Positions 17,971 through 29,100 of a stretch of 64,000 bases of DNA are shown piece by piece. Both the position numbers and the translations under genes were made by a program. The stretch covers positions 32,001-96,000 of the forward strand of contig JBHLOI010000005.1 of assembly GCA_048940645.1 (NCBI GenBank), given 5' to 3'. Source of the stretch: Promethearchaeota archaeon (lineage in GTDB: Archaea > Asgardarchaeota > Lokiarchaeia > Sigyniarchaeales > SOKP01). The notes under the pieces were generated by a model. It worked only from the letters and a program-made list of their open reading frames with translations, ran no database searches and had not been told where the DNA came from. Numbering within the stretch: position 1 is the first letter of the stretch; the number at the start of each line of letters is the position of its first letter.

Positions 17971-19149
17971 ATGTCTGAAGATTCTAATATGAAAAAAAGC
18001 CCGGAAATGGAAAATTATGAACAAGAAACAGGAAAATTGGCAATTTGGAAAGGAAAAGTAAGCAAAGACTTTAAAAAATGGCAACAGAAAAAGCAAAAAG
18101 AAGAGATTAAAAAACAAAAACTAGAAATTCTTACAATATCTCGCGAAGAGAGGAAGCAACTTAAAGAAGATATTAAACATGGAAGAGATATAGGAAAAGA
18201 TTATGCCCATTTAATAGTTGCTGAGAACCTACATAAAACTTACTTATTAGGAACTACAGCCGTAGCTGCACTCCGAGGTGTAGATTTAATTATTGATAGA
18301 AAAGATTTTGTAGATATAATGGGTCCGAGTGGAAGTGGAAAGACTACTTTACTTAATTTAATCGGAGGATTAGACACTCCAACAAGAGGAAAGATCTTTT
18401 TGGAAGGCAGAAATATCTCAATGCTTAATGACAATGATTTGGCTGATATTAGAAAAGAAAGAATCGGTTTTGTTTTCCAATTTTATAATCTTTTACCTCA
18501 AATGACTGCTCAAGAAAATGTGATGGTTCCTTTGCATTTTTCTGGTAAATTAAGTAGGAGAGGTAAGAGAAAAAAGGCACTTGATTTATTAAGGCTTGTC
18601 GAACTTGAAGAAAGAGCTCATCATACCCCATCAGAACTATCAGGTGGAGAGCAACAAAGAGTGGCTATAGCAAGAGCTTTTGCTAACGATCCTGCTATAG
18701 TAATATTGGATGAACCTACAGGAGACCTTGATAGCAAAACGGGAGTTATGATTTTAAATCTTCTTAGAGATTTGAATAGAAGAGGTGCAACATTTATAGC
18801 TGTGAGCCATGATGCAGCAGTTTCAGAGTTTGCCACAAGAGTTTTTCATATGAGAGATGGTAAGTTAACCCATGAAGGAAAAGTGGGTGGTTTAAAAGAA
18901 ACAGCCGCAATGGAATTAAATAGGAAACAAGAAGCTGAAATAAATAAAGAAAAATGCAAGGGCATGATTTTTAGATATTTATTTTCTAATCAAGGTAAGA
19001 CGGAGATAAGTGTAAATGATATTAAGAGTAGTGTTCCAACACCGATTATTATGAATTTACCAGAGCATTTTGATGATATTTTAAGAGAATTATTAGAAAA
19101 TAATAATATTAATGGAAAATTAGAAGGAGATTTACTTATTCTCCAGTAA
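17971..19149 (+). CDS. ABC ATPase, LolD/MacB (type VII) family, with N-terminal extension and C-terminal winged-helix-like domain
   Basis: Walker A GPSGSGKT, IGFVFQFYNL, LSGGEQQRVAIARA, Walker B/D-loop ILDEPTGDLD and SHD. Confidence 0.93.
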   Translation: MSEDSNMKKSPEMENYEQETGKLAIWKGKVSKDFKKWQQKKQKEEIKKQKLEILTISREERKQLKEDIKHGRDIGKDYAHLIVAENLHKTYLLGTTAVAALRGVDLIIDRKDFVDIMGPSGSGKTTLLNLIGGLDTPTRGKIFLEGRNISMLNDNDLADIRKERIGFVFQFYNLLPQMTAQENVMVPLHFSGKLSRRGKRKKALDLLRLVELEERAHHTPSELSGGEQQRVAIARAFANDPAIVILDEPTGDLDSKTGVMILNLLRDLNRRGATFIAVSHDAAVSEFATRVFHMRDGKLTHEGKVGGLKETAAMELNRKQEAEINKEKCKGMIFRYLFSNQGKTEISVNDIKSSVPTPIIMNLPEHFDDILRELLENNNINGKLEGDLLILQ

Positions 19150-19185
19150 ATTTGTATAATTTTAATTTATAACCCTTTATGATAA

Positions 19186-22100
19186 ATGTTAAATATCAAA
19201 TTAGTATTTAAGTATGCTTTTAAGGATTTAGGAAAGCAAAAAGTACGAACTTCAGTTGGAATTTTCGGTGTAATGATTTCTGTGGGATTATTAGCGATAG
19301 TCTTATTTTTATCTGATTCTATAGCCGTTACCTACATCGATTATATGGCGATTGATGCTGGAAATGCAGATATGAAAATAAGTGTTAGGCATTACCATAA
19401 TGAACCTGAAGATCGATCGAATTATTTTGAATTTAACCCATTAATAGATTCTATTAAATCTAATTTTGATGAAATTGGAAATTTCGTACCACGTATGGAT
19501 TTATGGGGAAATGTAAATATTTCTGAGAGTTTTGAGTCAACTCTTCTTACTAATCAGAGAATATCTGTGTTTATTTCTGGAATTAACTTTACACTAGAAA
19601 ATGATATAAATTTTGGGGCGTTTGTTAAGCCTGAAACGACCCAATTACTTGAATTACCATCTTTACCCTTATATCATTGTGCAATTTACTATAAATTCAA
19701 TGATATTATCAAATATGCTGTTAATGATACAATGGAAGTTAGAATGAGATTAAACCATGGGAATGTGAGTTATTATAGAGTCCAAAATTTTACTATTGAT
19801 AAAATATTTGATTTTCAGTTGAAATTTCCATATTCATATACAAATCGGCCTTTAATCATAGTAGATATTAAGACGCTCTATGAAATTTTTGGCAATGCAA
19901 CCTTTCAAGGTAGATGTAATGAATTGATATTAACTTTCAAAAATGGTAATGAATTTTATGACGCTAGAGATTTAAGTGGATCTAAGGATCGGGTAAGAAA
20001 AATAGCTGGAGATATTCGCCTAATGATTGGAATAAATCAATATAAGGTGGAAGTGCCTAAACTCGAAATTCTCGGATTCTCAGAACTGTTAAGTGTTGGA
20101 ATAACAATCATTTTTGTTTTCGTATCGATGATATCCATGTTAATTTCTGGAGTATTAATTAATGGTATATTAAAAACCTCAGTAGAAGAAAGAATAAGGG
20201 AATTTGGAATTTTTAGAACACTTGGTGCTACAAAAAAATATAATTTATCGATAGTTATCGTCCAAGGATTATTAATATGTAACTTTGGTACAATTTTTGG
20301 TATGTTAGGAGCTTATTTAGCAACTCAATTTCTGATAGTACCCATCGCAGAAAACGTTGCTGGCCAAAGTATTCCTGGTTTAGCAGGAAATTTTGCTTTT
20401 TCTATCTCATTTTGGTCCCTTCTCATATCATATTTGATGGGTCTCATTGTAGGAATTATCGTAAGTTTGTCTCCTGCTTTAAAAGTGATGCGTCTTCAAC
20501 TTATTGAGTCAATTCACCCATATCGCCATGAAGATACACTTTATCACTTACAACAAAAAGCTTCAGTGAATTATAAATTAGTTGTAGTGGGCGTTATATT
20601 AGCAGCAAATGGTGCATTTGTGCTTCTCATAATTCCAAGAATATTAATTTCAGCAGACATGTCGTTAATAGCGGGGGTTTTAATAGCTCTCTTGATTGTC
20701 TTTCTTATTGGAACTACGTTAGCGGGATTGGGATTAATGCCTTTAGTTTTAAGATTCTTCATTCAAGTATTTCGTCTATTTTCTAAGAAATTAGCTCCTG
20801 TTTATAGAATATTTATATTTCGTTATGCAAGACGAAATGCCACGACTACTATTACTTTCGCTTTTACATTTTCTTTTGTCATTTTTACAGCAGCTGCAAT
20901 TCAATTTCTTACTAGTCAAGTTGAAATAGGAGCAAATTTATCATATGGATCAGATTTAGTTATTGAAACTACAGGGTGGGAAGAAGAAGAGGAATTAGAC
21001 CAAGGAGGAGGCCCTTTTGGCATCCAATCTATTATTCAAGGTTCGAATAGTATTTATTATTCTCAAGATATTCCGATTCAGTCTCAGACAACTGAATATC
21101 CAATAAACCCTACAAGAATTCTTACCACTGATTTTGAAGAAGTTTTACTTGGTATTGAGGGTATTGAAAAAGTTTCAAGTGTTATTGCAAGTCCCTCTCA
21201 TCTTACTCAAGTATATTCAGAAGAGGATAAAGAATTCACAGTAGAAATAGGAGATTATATTGGGTTATTTACACAAGAAGTTACTCTATTAGGGATCGAT
21301 GAGGAATTCATATCTACAATAAATACTAATTATATTGAACTTACAAAGGGAGGGATTGACGATTCCTTTGATCAATTATTTGATATTAATAATGGGTATA
21401 CTTGTATTATTTCAGAAAGCTTATCTGTAGATTTGGATTTAACAATAAATAATTTTATCAGTTTATTTATGCAAAAAGGAGAAGAAAGTGAAATATATAC
21501 CTTTCAAATAGTGGGTGTTGCTGCGAGTATGCCAGGATTTTCTGAATTTTTTGGTAGATCAAGTTCAACTGCCCGTATGGGAGGAGTTATGGTTTCACAT
21601 AGTAATTATCTCGATATTATGGATATACCTCCTATCCCTTATGTTGACAAAATTTTTATTAAATTAAGATCAAATGACTTGAGAACATCACAGACAATAG
21701 AGGAATTAATAGAAGATAATTTTGAAAGAGATTATGATTTCGAGGTTACTAACCTTAAAAGAACCGTTATATTACAAACATCATTTTTTTCAATATTAGA
21801 TATATTTTTTACAATAACGCTTGATGCAACAATCATTATTTCCTTATTTGGCTTATTATCATCTTCATATTCCACTATTATAGAAAGAAAAAAGGAAATA
21901 GGTATTATACGAACTTTAGGTTTAAAAGGAAAACAAATTAATCATTTGTTTACAATTGAAGCATTAATTATTATGCTAAGTAGCGGGACTGTGGGAGTCA
22001 TTGTGGGCTGGGCAACAGGATTATTATTATCATCTTCGATAAATGTATTAAGTAATTTACCCAATAGTCCGATTTTCCCCTTTAACAATATGATAACTAT

Positions 22101-22200
22101 ATATTTAGTTTCAATTATCGCAACTTTGATTGGAATGAAAATTTTATTGAGGAAAGTTCGTAAGAAAAAGATTGTAGATATTTACAGAGAAACTATGTAA
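19186..22200 (+). CDS. FtsX/MacB-like ABC permease, internally duplicated (permease A)
   Basis: Two repeats of TM1, large extracellular domain and 3 TM; coupling motifs ERIREFGIFRTLGA and ERKKEIGIIRTLG. Confidence 0.9.
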   Translation: MLNIKLVFKYAFKDLGKQKVRTSVGIFGVMISVGLLAIVLFLSDSIAVTYIDYMAIDAGNADMKISVRHYHNEPEDRSNYFEFNPLIDSIKSNFDEIGNFVPRMDLWGNVNISESFESTLLTNQRISVFISGINFTLENDINFGAFVKPETTQLLELPSLPLYHCAIYYKFNDIIKYAVNDTMEVRMRLNHGNVSYYRVQNFTIDKIFDFQLKFPYSYTNRPLIIVDIKTLYEIFGNATFQGRCNELILTFKNGNEFYDARDLSGSKDRVRKIAGDIRLMIGINQYKVEVPKLEILGFSELLSVGITIIFVFVSMISMLISGVLINGILKTSVEERIREFGIFRTLGATKKYNLSIVIVQGLLICNFGTIFGMLGAYLATQFLIVPIAENVAGQSIPGLAGNFAFSISFWSLLISYLMGLIVGIIVSLSPALKVMRLQLIESIHPYRHEDTLYHLQQKASVNYKLVVVGVILAANGAFVLLIIPRILISADMSLIAGVLIALLIVFLIGTTLAGLGLMPLVLRFFIQVFRLFSKKLAPVYRIFIFRYARRNATTTITFAFTFSFVIFTAAAIQFLTSQVEIGANLSYGSDLVIETTGWEEEEELDQGGGPFGIQSIIQGSNSIYYSQDIPIQSQTTEYPINPTRILTTDFEEVLLGIEGIEKVSSVIASPSHLTQVYSEEDKEFTVEIGDYIGLFTQEVTLLGIDEEFISTINTNYIELTKGGIDDSFDQLFDINNGYTCIISESLSVDLDLTINNFISLFMQKGEESEIYTFQIVGVAASMPGFSEFFGRSSSTARMGGVMVSHSNYLDIMDIPPIPYVDKIFIKLRSNDLRTSQTIEELIEDNFERDYDFEVTNLKRTVILQTSFFSILDIFFTITLDATIIISLFGLLSSSYSTIIERKKEIGIIRTLGLKGKQINHLFTIEALIIMLSSGTVGVIVGWATGLLLSSSINVLSNLPNSPIFPFNNMITIYLVSIIATLIGMKILLRKVRKKKIVDIYRETM

Positions 22201-22218
22201 GAGGTAATGGACTGAAAG

Positions 22219-25200
22219 ATGTTCAAAAATATTAATAGAAAAGTATTAATTATCGGCATTTTAATTATGGTTTTTAATCCAATTTTAATTGTAAACTTTT
22301 TAAATTTAAGTTCTAAAAAAACCGTTAATAATGTCTCAGAAGATAATGTATTAAAAGCAGCAGATATTGCTGGCACTGATTTATATGCTGAAAGAATTAA
22401 TGCATTTGTTGCTGGTAATAAGTCAATAATTAAGCAGTCTCTTTTCACTAATGATACTAATATCTTACCCCATTTTGATCTCCGAGATCCAGCCTTTTAT
22501 CAATGCAATCTTTTATTTAGCGCATCAAATGGGATTACTCCAAATATTTTTCCAAGAGTTTTAAATGAAAATGGGTTTTCTTATCAATATGAAATGTGTT
22601 TTAATGGTTTTTCTGGATTTCTTTATTATGATGAGAAGCTCGATGAAGACGACGCAAAAATAAGAGCGAATAGAGCCCTTGAAATAATTAGAAGAAAATT
22701 TGCGATTGACTTAATTTTGATAAACGTTTCAGAACCAAATTTTTTCCCTTTCATAGGACATTATCCAGATTGGAAGATTTTCTTACATGAATTAACAACT
22801 AATTTACCCATGGATGGTTATTGGAAAGCTTTAGATATTAACCGATTAACAAGTGAAGAATATTTAGTGAATCATCATATCTCCTCTACGTTTTTTCTAT
22901 TAAATTCATTAGACTTCTTTGAAAAAGATCTTTTTGAATCAATAAATCAAGTAGATTTCAATTTAGATTCATTAGATTTATCATTTATCTATAGTTTAGA
23001 AATTGAGAATCTTTTTGAACAATTTACAAATATAGATTTTGAAACGATTTTTGGTAATCTCTCACAATTTATAGGAGATAATCAAACCATTTCACAAGAA
23101 GATGTTGAAGAATTTAGTGAATTTTTCGATATTTTCTCATTGTCAAATAAGTCGCATTATACAAGTATAATGATACAATATGAAGGTGTAGAAGAAGCTA
23201 TTCAGAAGGTTAGTAATAATCAATATAGGTTTAATTTATGGAATGCTTTAAATTATAGTGGAGAACCATTGCGGCCAAGTGAGAAAATATTTATAGCATT
23301 AGCAGGAGCCTTTATGAGTGAAATAGATATTACCATATTATGTTCTGATATTATTGATACCACCCCCGAGTATTTTGATTTATATGATTTTTTATTAGAA
23401 CAAATAGAATTGATTTTATTTTATGCGGGGGTTGATTTTGATATTGATACTGTAAGAGACTATACTTTTGAATTGTTTTGGGTTGATAAAGGTGGAATAA
23501 AACAAAATTATATTAAACCTGTAAATTTAGATGATCCAACTGATTTTATTAACTTCTTGCCCATTTTAGGAGTTCAAGGTCTTCCAAGTATTCCAACTGG
23601 AATATTCGACCCAATCCAAGAATTTATTGTAACTTATCTTATCAATACTTCTGAACCCAATATAATGATTAGAAAAGAATTAGTAAATGAAAATGCTTCA
23701 TTCGGAGTATATAAGGATTTTTCATTTAATATCACCGCTAAAAACATTGGAAACGAAACATGTTGGGGCGTTCCAACGCAATTTCCCTTAGATCTTGATG
23801 ATTTTTTAAGTATTATAATATTACCGTTAATAGCACTCGACATCCTTGATGTTGATGATTTTAAAGATGATCTTTGGCAGTCGGTAGAAGACCTATATCC
23901 AAATCAATATGATTCTTTAGAAGATTTTTTTAATTGTGAAGAAGATCCACGCATTTTCTATTTTGATACACTGGGTTTGGGATTAATTGATACATATTAT
24001 CCAAATATAAACAATGTGTCAAATCTATGGCCTTATAATGAGAATGCTGATGCTGTGTTAGCTGATACCTTCACTACTAATCAAATCTATAATATATTAG
24101 ATCTAGAAGAATCACAAGAACTTTTTACAAATGAATATAGCATTTGGAATGCAGAAAATTGGAGATTAGAGCCTGGTGAAAAAATTTCCTATATTTATTC
24201 TAATTTTTCTATAGATGCTTATGATTCCTATACGGAGTTCTATAAATATAACTTCACCATTAAAGAGAGTATTCCTAAGCTCCCGGTTATCATTTCTGGA
24301 TTTTCTATTATGGGTACCAATCCTTATATGGCATTGACTAACGATGAGGAAAGCTGGGTTATTGAAGCAGAAGAAAAGTATCTAGATCAATATGATTTAG
24401 AACTTGTTTTTCTCTTTCAGAATCATACTAATATAGATTTTACCAATAAATCTTTAGATAGCATTTCAATTAGTATAAATTACACAGGTCCCTTCGATGT
24501 AATAGAATTAGAAGTGTTTAATTACTCAGTTGAAGAATATCAAAATATTAACCCCTATTTAACATCTAGAGATAATAATACGTCTACATTTTCCTTTACA
24601 AATGTAAATGGAGATTTAAATTGGATCTTTGACCCATATGCTCCAAATAATTATACGATTATTATTAGAATAAAAGGGACAGATTCAAATGTGTTTAATG
24701 TCTCTATTAATGATTTTAATATTCATTTTTTATATCGAGATATTAACGAATATAAAGGACAAAGTTCAAGAATAATATACTCATCAACGTCAGGGAAGAT
24801 TCAATATGTCAGAAGATCTAATTCTATTTCACTTAGCACTCATAATATGAGTTCTATCATAGCGTTTTCGCAATTAAGTAATTATAATTTAAGAGTAGGG
24901 GATTTGAATACATATACGTTACATTTTCAAAATATAGGTACCAATATTGCCCAAGCTGTAAATATTTCGATCTTAATTCCAGGGATCATACAAGATAATA
25001 ATAATTTTACTATCAAAGATAATTATTTAACCTATTTCTTACCTGAACTTGCCCCATTAGAAGAAAAAGAGATTAGTTTCACGTTCTATGTCCCTAATTC
25101 TGAGTCCATATTTTCCACTGTAATTATTTACAAGGATTCCCAATTAATTGCTAATCTTAATAATAGTGAGCTAAATGCAAAACCTAATGAAGTCTATTTA

Positions 25201-26178
25201 TCTGCCTTAGTTGATTATTATGATTATTTTCCTTTTGTTCATGCTTTAGAGATTTATCTCAACTCCTCAAACTTGGCACCCTCAATTGGAGGTTTATTTA
25301 ATTTATCTCTAAACTTAAAAAATGTCGGGCCATCTAATTTTTCTATAGAGGAAATTAATTTTACTCTAGGGGATCAGTTTGGTGATCTTATTTATGCTAG
25401 TCCTAATCATTCTTTAAGTCTTAAAAATATTGAATTTAATAATATAAGAACTATCAATTTTACTTTAAAAAAGAATGATTGGAAAGGTTATTATTATCCT
25501 TCTATTGCTTATCTTGATAATAAAGATAACAGAATCTTTCAAATTTTATCCTCAACTCCAATTGTTTTAGGTAATATTTCATTCTTAATCTCTAAATCTG
25601 TGAGCCAAAATCAAATAGAAGTTGGAGAAATTATTACTGTAAACGTTACTATTGTAAATACAGGAACAATTTGCGTAAAAAATGTTACATTAAGTGATAT
25701 AATTAGTTTTAATCAAATAGAGTTTACGCTTATTGAAGGGAATTTAATTAAAATGATTGAACAACTTGAAGCTAATGAAACTATCTCGATTTCATATAAA
25801 ATTAAAGCAAAAACTCAATCACTAGTTACATTAAAACCAGCAAGTATAGAATATTATTTTTTGTCAAAATCTAAAGAAATTTCAAACCAAATTATGGTAA
25901 AAATTATAATTCCTACGAGAATTCAACTTTATTTTACTTTTATTCCCTCATTGGTTTCATTATTAATTTTGATATACTTTATTTGGCGTACTCGTAAATA
26001 TAGAACAAGGAAATATGAAATTCAAAGAAGTGAGATGGTGCTTTTTAAAAAAGGACCGCGAGAATCAATTCTGAAAATCGAGAATACACTAAAAGAACAG
26101 TTAGCAAAACTAGACCAGGAAAAAAATAAGATTCCTAAGGTGACTGATAATACTACAAACAATGGAGGAGGTGAATAA
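22219..26178 (+). CDS. Large membrane-anchored surface glycoprotein with Ig-like (DUF11/CARDB/COG1361-type) repeats and a TRAP-beta-like last domain
   Basis: N-terminal hydrophobic signal; many NxS/T sequons; repeated 'hxhxhxNxG' strands (FNITAKNIG, LHFQNIG, LNLKNVG, VTIVNTG); C-terminal TM followed by RTRKYRTRK. Confidence 0.75.
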   Translation: MFKNINRKVLIIGILIMVFNPILIVNFLNLSSKKTVNNVSEDNVLKAADIAGTDLYAERINAFVAGNKSIIKQSLFTNDTNILPHFDLRDPAFYQCNLLFSASNGITPNIFPRVLNENGFSYQYEMCFNGFSGFLYYDEKLDEDDAKIRANRALEIIRRKFAIDLILINVSEPNFFPFIGHYPDWKIFLHELTTNLPMDGYWKALDINRLTSEEYLVNHHISSTFFLLNSLDFFEKDLFESINQVDFNLDSLDLSFIYSLEIENLFEQFTNIDFETIFGNLSQFIGDNQTISQEDVEEFSEFFDIFSLSNKSHYTSIMIQYEGVEEAIQKVSNNQYRFNLWNALNYSGEPLRPSEKIFIALAGAFMSEIDITILCSDIIDTTPEYFDLYDFLLEQIELILFYAGVDFDIDTVRDYTFELFWVDKGGIKQNYIKPVNLDDPTDFINFLPILGVQGLPSIPTGIFDPIQEFIVTYLINTSEPNIMIRKELVNENASFGVYKDFSFNITAKNIGNETCWGVPTQFPLDLDDFLSIIILPLIALDILDVDDFKDDLWQSVEDLYPNQYDSLEDFFNCEEDPRIFYFDTLGLGLIDTYYPNINNVSNLWPYNENADAVLADTFTTNQIYNILDLEESQELFTNEYSIWNAENWRLEPGEKISYIYSNFSIDAYDSYTEFYKYNFTIKESIPKLPVIISGFSIMGTNPYMALTNDEESWVIEAEEKYLDQYDLELVFLFQNHTNIDFTNKSLDSISISINYTGPFDVIELEVFNYSVEEYQNINPYLTSRDNNTSTFSFTNVNGDLNWIFDPYAPNNYTIIIRIKGTDSNVFNVSINDFNIHFLYRDINEYKGQSSRIIYSSTSGKIQYVRRSNSISLSTHNMSSIIAFSQLSNYNLRVGDLNTYTLHFQNIGTNIAQAVNISILIPGIIQDNNNFTIKDNYLTYFLPELAPLEEKEISFTFYVPNSESIFSTVIIYKDSQLIANLNNSELNAKPNEVYLSALVDYYDYFPFVHALEIYLNSSNLAPSIGGLFNLSLNLKNVGPSNFSIEEINFTLGDQFGDLIYASPNHSLSLKNIEFNNIRTINFTLKKNDWKGYYYPSIAYLDNKDNRIFQILSSTPIVLGNISFLISKSVSQNQIEVGEIITVNVTIVNTGTICVKNVTLSDIISFNQIEFTLIEGNLIKMIEQLEANETISISYKIKAKTQSLVTLKPASIEYYFLSKSKEISNQIMVKIIIPTRIQLYFTFIPSLVSLLILIYFIWRTRKYRTRKYEIQRSEMVLFKKGPRESILKIENTLKEQLAKLDQEKNKIPKVTDNTTNNGGGE
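26164..26174 (+). promoter_or_regulatory. Strong Shine-Dalgarno for the subtilase gene
   Basis: GGAGGAGGTGA inside the end of the upstream gene, 9 nt before an in-frame CTG at 26184. Confidence 0.6.
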
Positions 26179-26183
26179 AGACA

Positions 26184-29100
26184 CTGAGAAAAAAGCTAAA
26201 TAGCGTTATTTTATTAATATTAATTATAGTTTCAAATTTAGGATTTTTAGTTTTATATCATAATCTATATTCTGCATCTAATTCTTTCGATAATAGAGAA
26301 AAAAAATATGAAGTTCAAATTTCGGATATAAGTAATGAACATGTTATTGTTTTTTTCAACCAATCCTCCTACAATCCAAATGTGAAATTAAGGTTTGAGT
26401 ATTATGGAGGAATAGTGAAACTTGAAAATGATTGGAATAATATATTTAGTTCAATATCTGGTTTTTCTGGTATCATACCTATCGAGAACATTACTCTATT
26501 TAAAAATGAATTTCCTGATATAAATATTGAAATCGATGAAATAATTGAGACTCAAATGAATTATGCTAGTTTTCAAACGGGAGCAAAAAATTCAACGTGG
26601 TACCTTAATGGTTATACTGGAAACACAGATTCCTCAATTGCTGTTTTAGATAGCGGCCTAAATTTGAATCATGTTTTTTTAAAAGATAAAGTTTCCGGTT
26701 GGCAGAGTTTTATTGAGGATAAATCAATTTTAGATGATTTTGGCCATGGGACATTAATATCATCCATTATTGCTGGTACGGGTTCTGATTTGTATAATTC
26801 AGGTACTCCTTCCATAGTAAATCTCTATGGCAAATATTCCCATATAGATTTATTTGGATCTGATCCAAGTCCAAATAATTTTACAATAAAGGCTTTCTCC
26901 TTTAATACATCTAAAATTAATTCAAAAATTATCTTAAATTCATCATGGAATTTATTAAAAGATGGGATTGACGGATTTTGGTTTGAATTATACTGTGATA
27001 ATATTTTAGTAAATTCGTCTAGCAATGTTATTCCTACTCAAAGAAATTTAATAATTCATCAAGTTTCTGAAAGTGGTTTAGGTGTCTATGATCTTTATAT
27101 TAAATACCATAAAACTAATAAATTTCCAATATTCTCTTTTAATTCGAGTACCTCATTTTTTCCAGAATTTTATGTAATAAATAATAATCACTATACAGGT
27201 ATTGCTAATAGTTCCCAAATTTTAGCGTATAAAATAGTTAATGAAACGGGTAAAGGTTATGTTTCTGATTTGATTTCTGCATTAGGAAGCATAATTCAAA
27301 ATAGAAGTAAATACCATATAGTGAGTACGTGTTTAAGTATTGGGACTTATGGAGATAATTTTGGGGCTATTAATAAAGTAATAGATGATGTTATTGATAA
27401 CGGGATTATGGTAATTATTGCTGCAGGAAATAGAGGTGTATTGGGTACACAATCCACCGTGAATAAGTTAGCTATAGCTAATGATGCTATAGTTGTAGGA
27501 GCTACCAATGATAATGACCAAATTACTTCCTATAGTGGAATAGGGCACCAGTTAGATATTGTTGCTCCTGGTGGTAGTAAATTAAGAAACCATAGGACGG
27601 TAATTAGCGCAGATTTTAAATCTAATTCAACAACCTCTGCATTTGGGACTTCTATATCTACAGCTATAGTTTCTGCTGCTACGAATGTTTTAATTGAAGC
27701 AATATGGGGCGATTGGACAGAATGGGAGGATCATGATCCTCAAGAAAGAGTAGGAATTATCAAATCAATTTTATTAATGACAGCTTCTGAAACCAATCTC
27801 CAAAGAGAGAATGATCCTCTAACTAGTGTTGACGAAAGGCAGTATTCACCTGCAAGTTTTTCAGGATCGTTAAATAGTATAAAAGATGAACATGAAGGGT
27901 ATGGTAGAATTAATCTTCAAGTAGCAATTGATGCTTTAACGAAATATTTAGACGTAAATACTTCAATTAGCGATTATTTATATAGTTCAGAAGAAAATCC
28001 CCTCGCTAAACATGCTTTCGCAAGAAGAGTAGTTTTAAAGCCAAATAAACAATACCTTTTTAATATTACAAGTAAGGACACAACAGGAGATTTTGATCTA
28101 TTCTTATTTTCAAATGAATCTAAGGGGAATGGAGAGCCAATCATACTCCAAACCTCGGGAAATTGGTTAGATTTGCTCTACTTTACTCCTAAACAGAATC
28201 AAACAGAATGTATAATTGTTGTAAAAACTAATAATGGCTATGGTAATTTTACTTTGAAGATTTCAAACGTTAAAAACAATTATGCGCCTCAATTAGAAAT
28301 TCCTGAAATTTCATATTTTGATGATACCAAATCTAAAAATACTACAGTTATGGGATTTCAAGAGTATACAGGGAGTTATCGTCCTAAGAATTATTCGATT
28401 GATAGTTATCGGTTCTATATAAACTATTTTGATAATGACTCAACTAATATCCCACCTCAAGAAGTATATGTATCGATTATCGAACTCTCTATGAATTACT
28501 CATTATCTCAAGATAATGAGTCAGATAATAATTATATGGATGGAGCGTTGTTTATTAGCAACTATCTTAAATTGTCAGTCCCAATGATATACCATTATTT
28601 TTTTATTGCAAGCGATGGTTCGCATATAACAAGATACCCCGAAATCGGTGAAATTTCTATTCTCATAGAATATCCCTACGACTCTGAAAAGTTTCCGAAT
28701 TATCATAGTTTTAACACTGGTCTGGGAAATTGGACTTTTAATGGCACAGGATGGGGACTGTTAAAACAATATAATTCTGTTGATAATCGAGCGAATATTT
28801 ATGAAAATAATTGGACTTCTTTGTATTTTGGAGCATCTCATAATTATCCTATGAATTATTCATATCAACCTTCCTTAATTACAGAATCTTATCCAAATGG
28901 AACATTATTCAGTCCTCTATTTGATTTGACTCAATTAAACGAGAATCTTACGACACCTTTTGCTAAATTTGGATTGAGAACAAGTATTAATTTAGGAGAT
29001 TTAATAATCTTAGAAATCGGCTTAAATTGGACAAATTGGATTACACTAAGGATATTTACTAATGAAGAAAGAGAGTGGTATATTGAAGAATTTAATTTAA

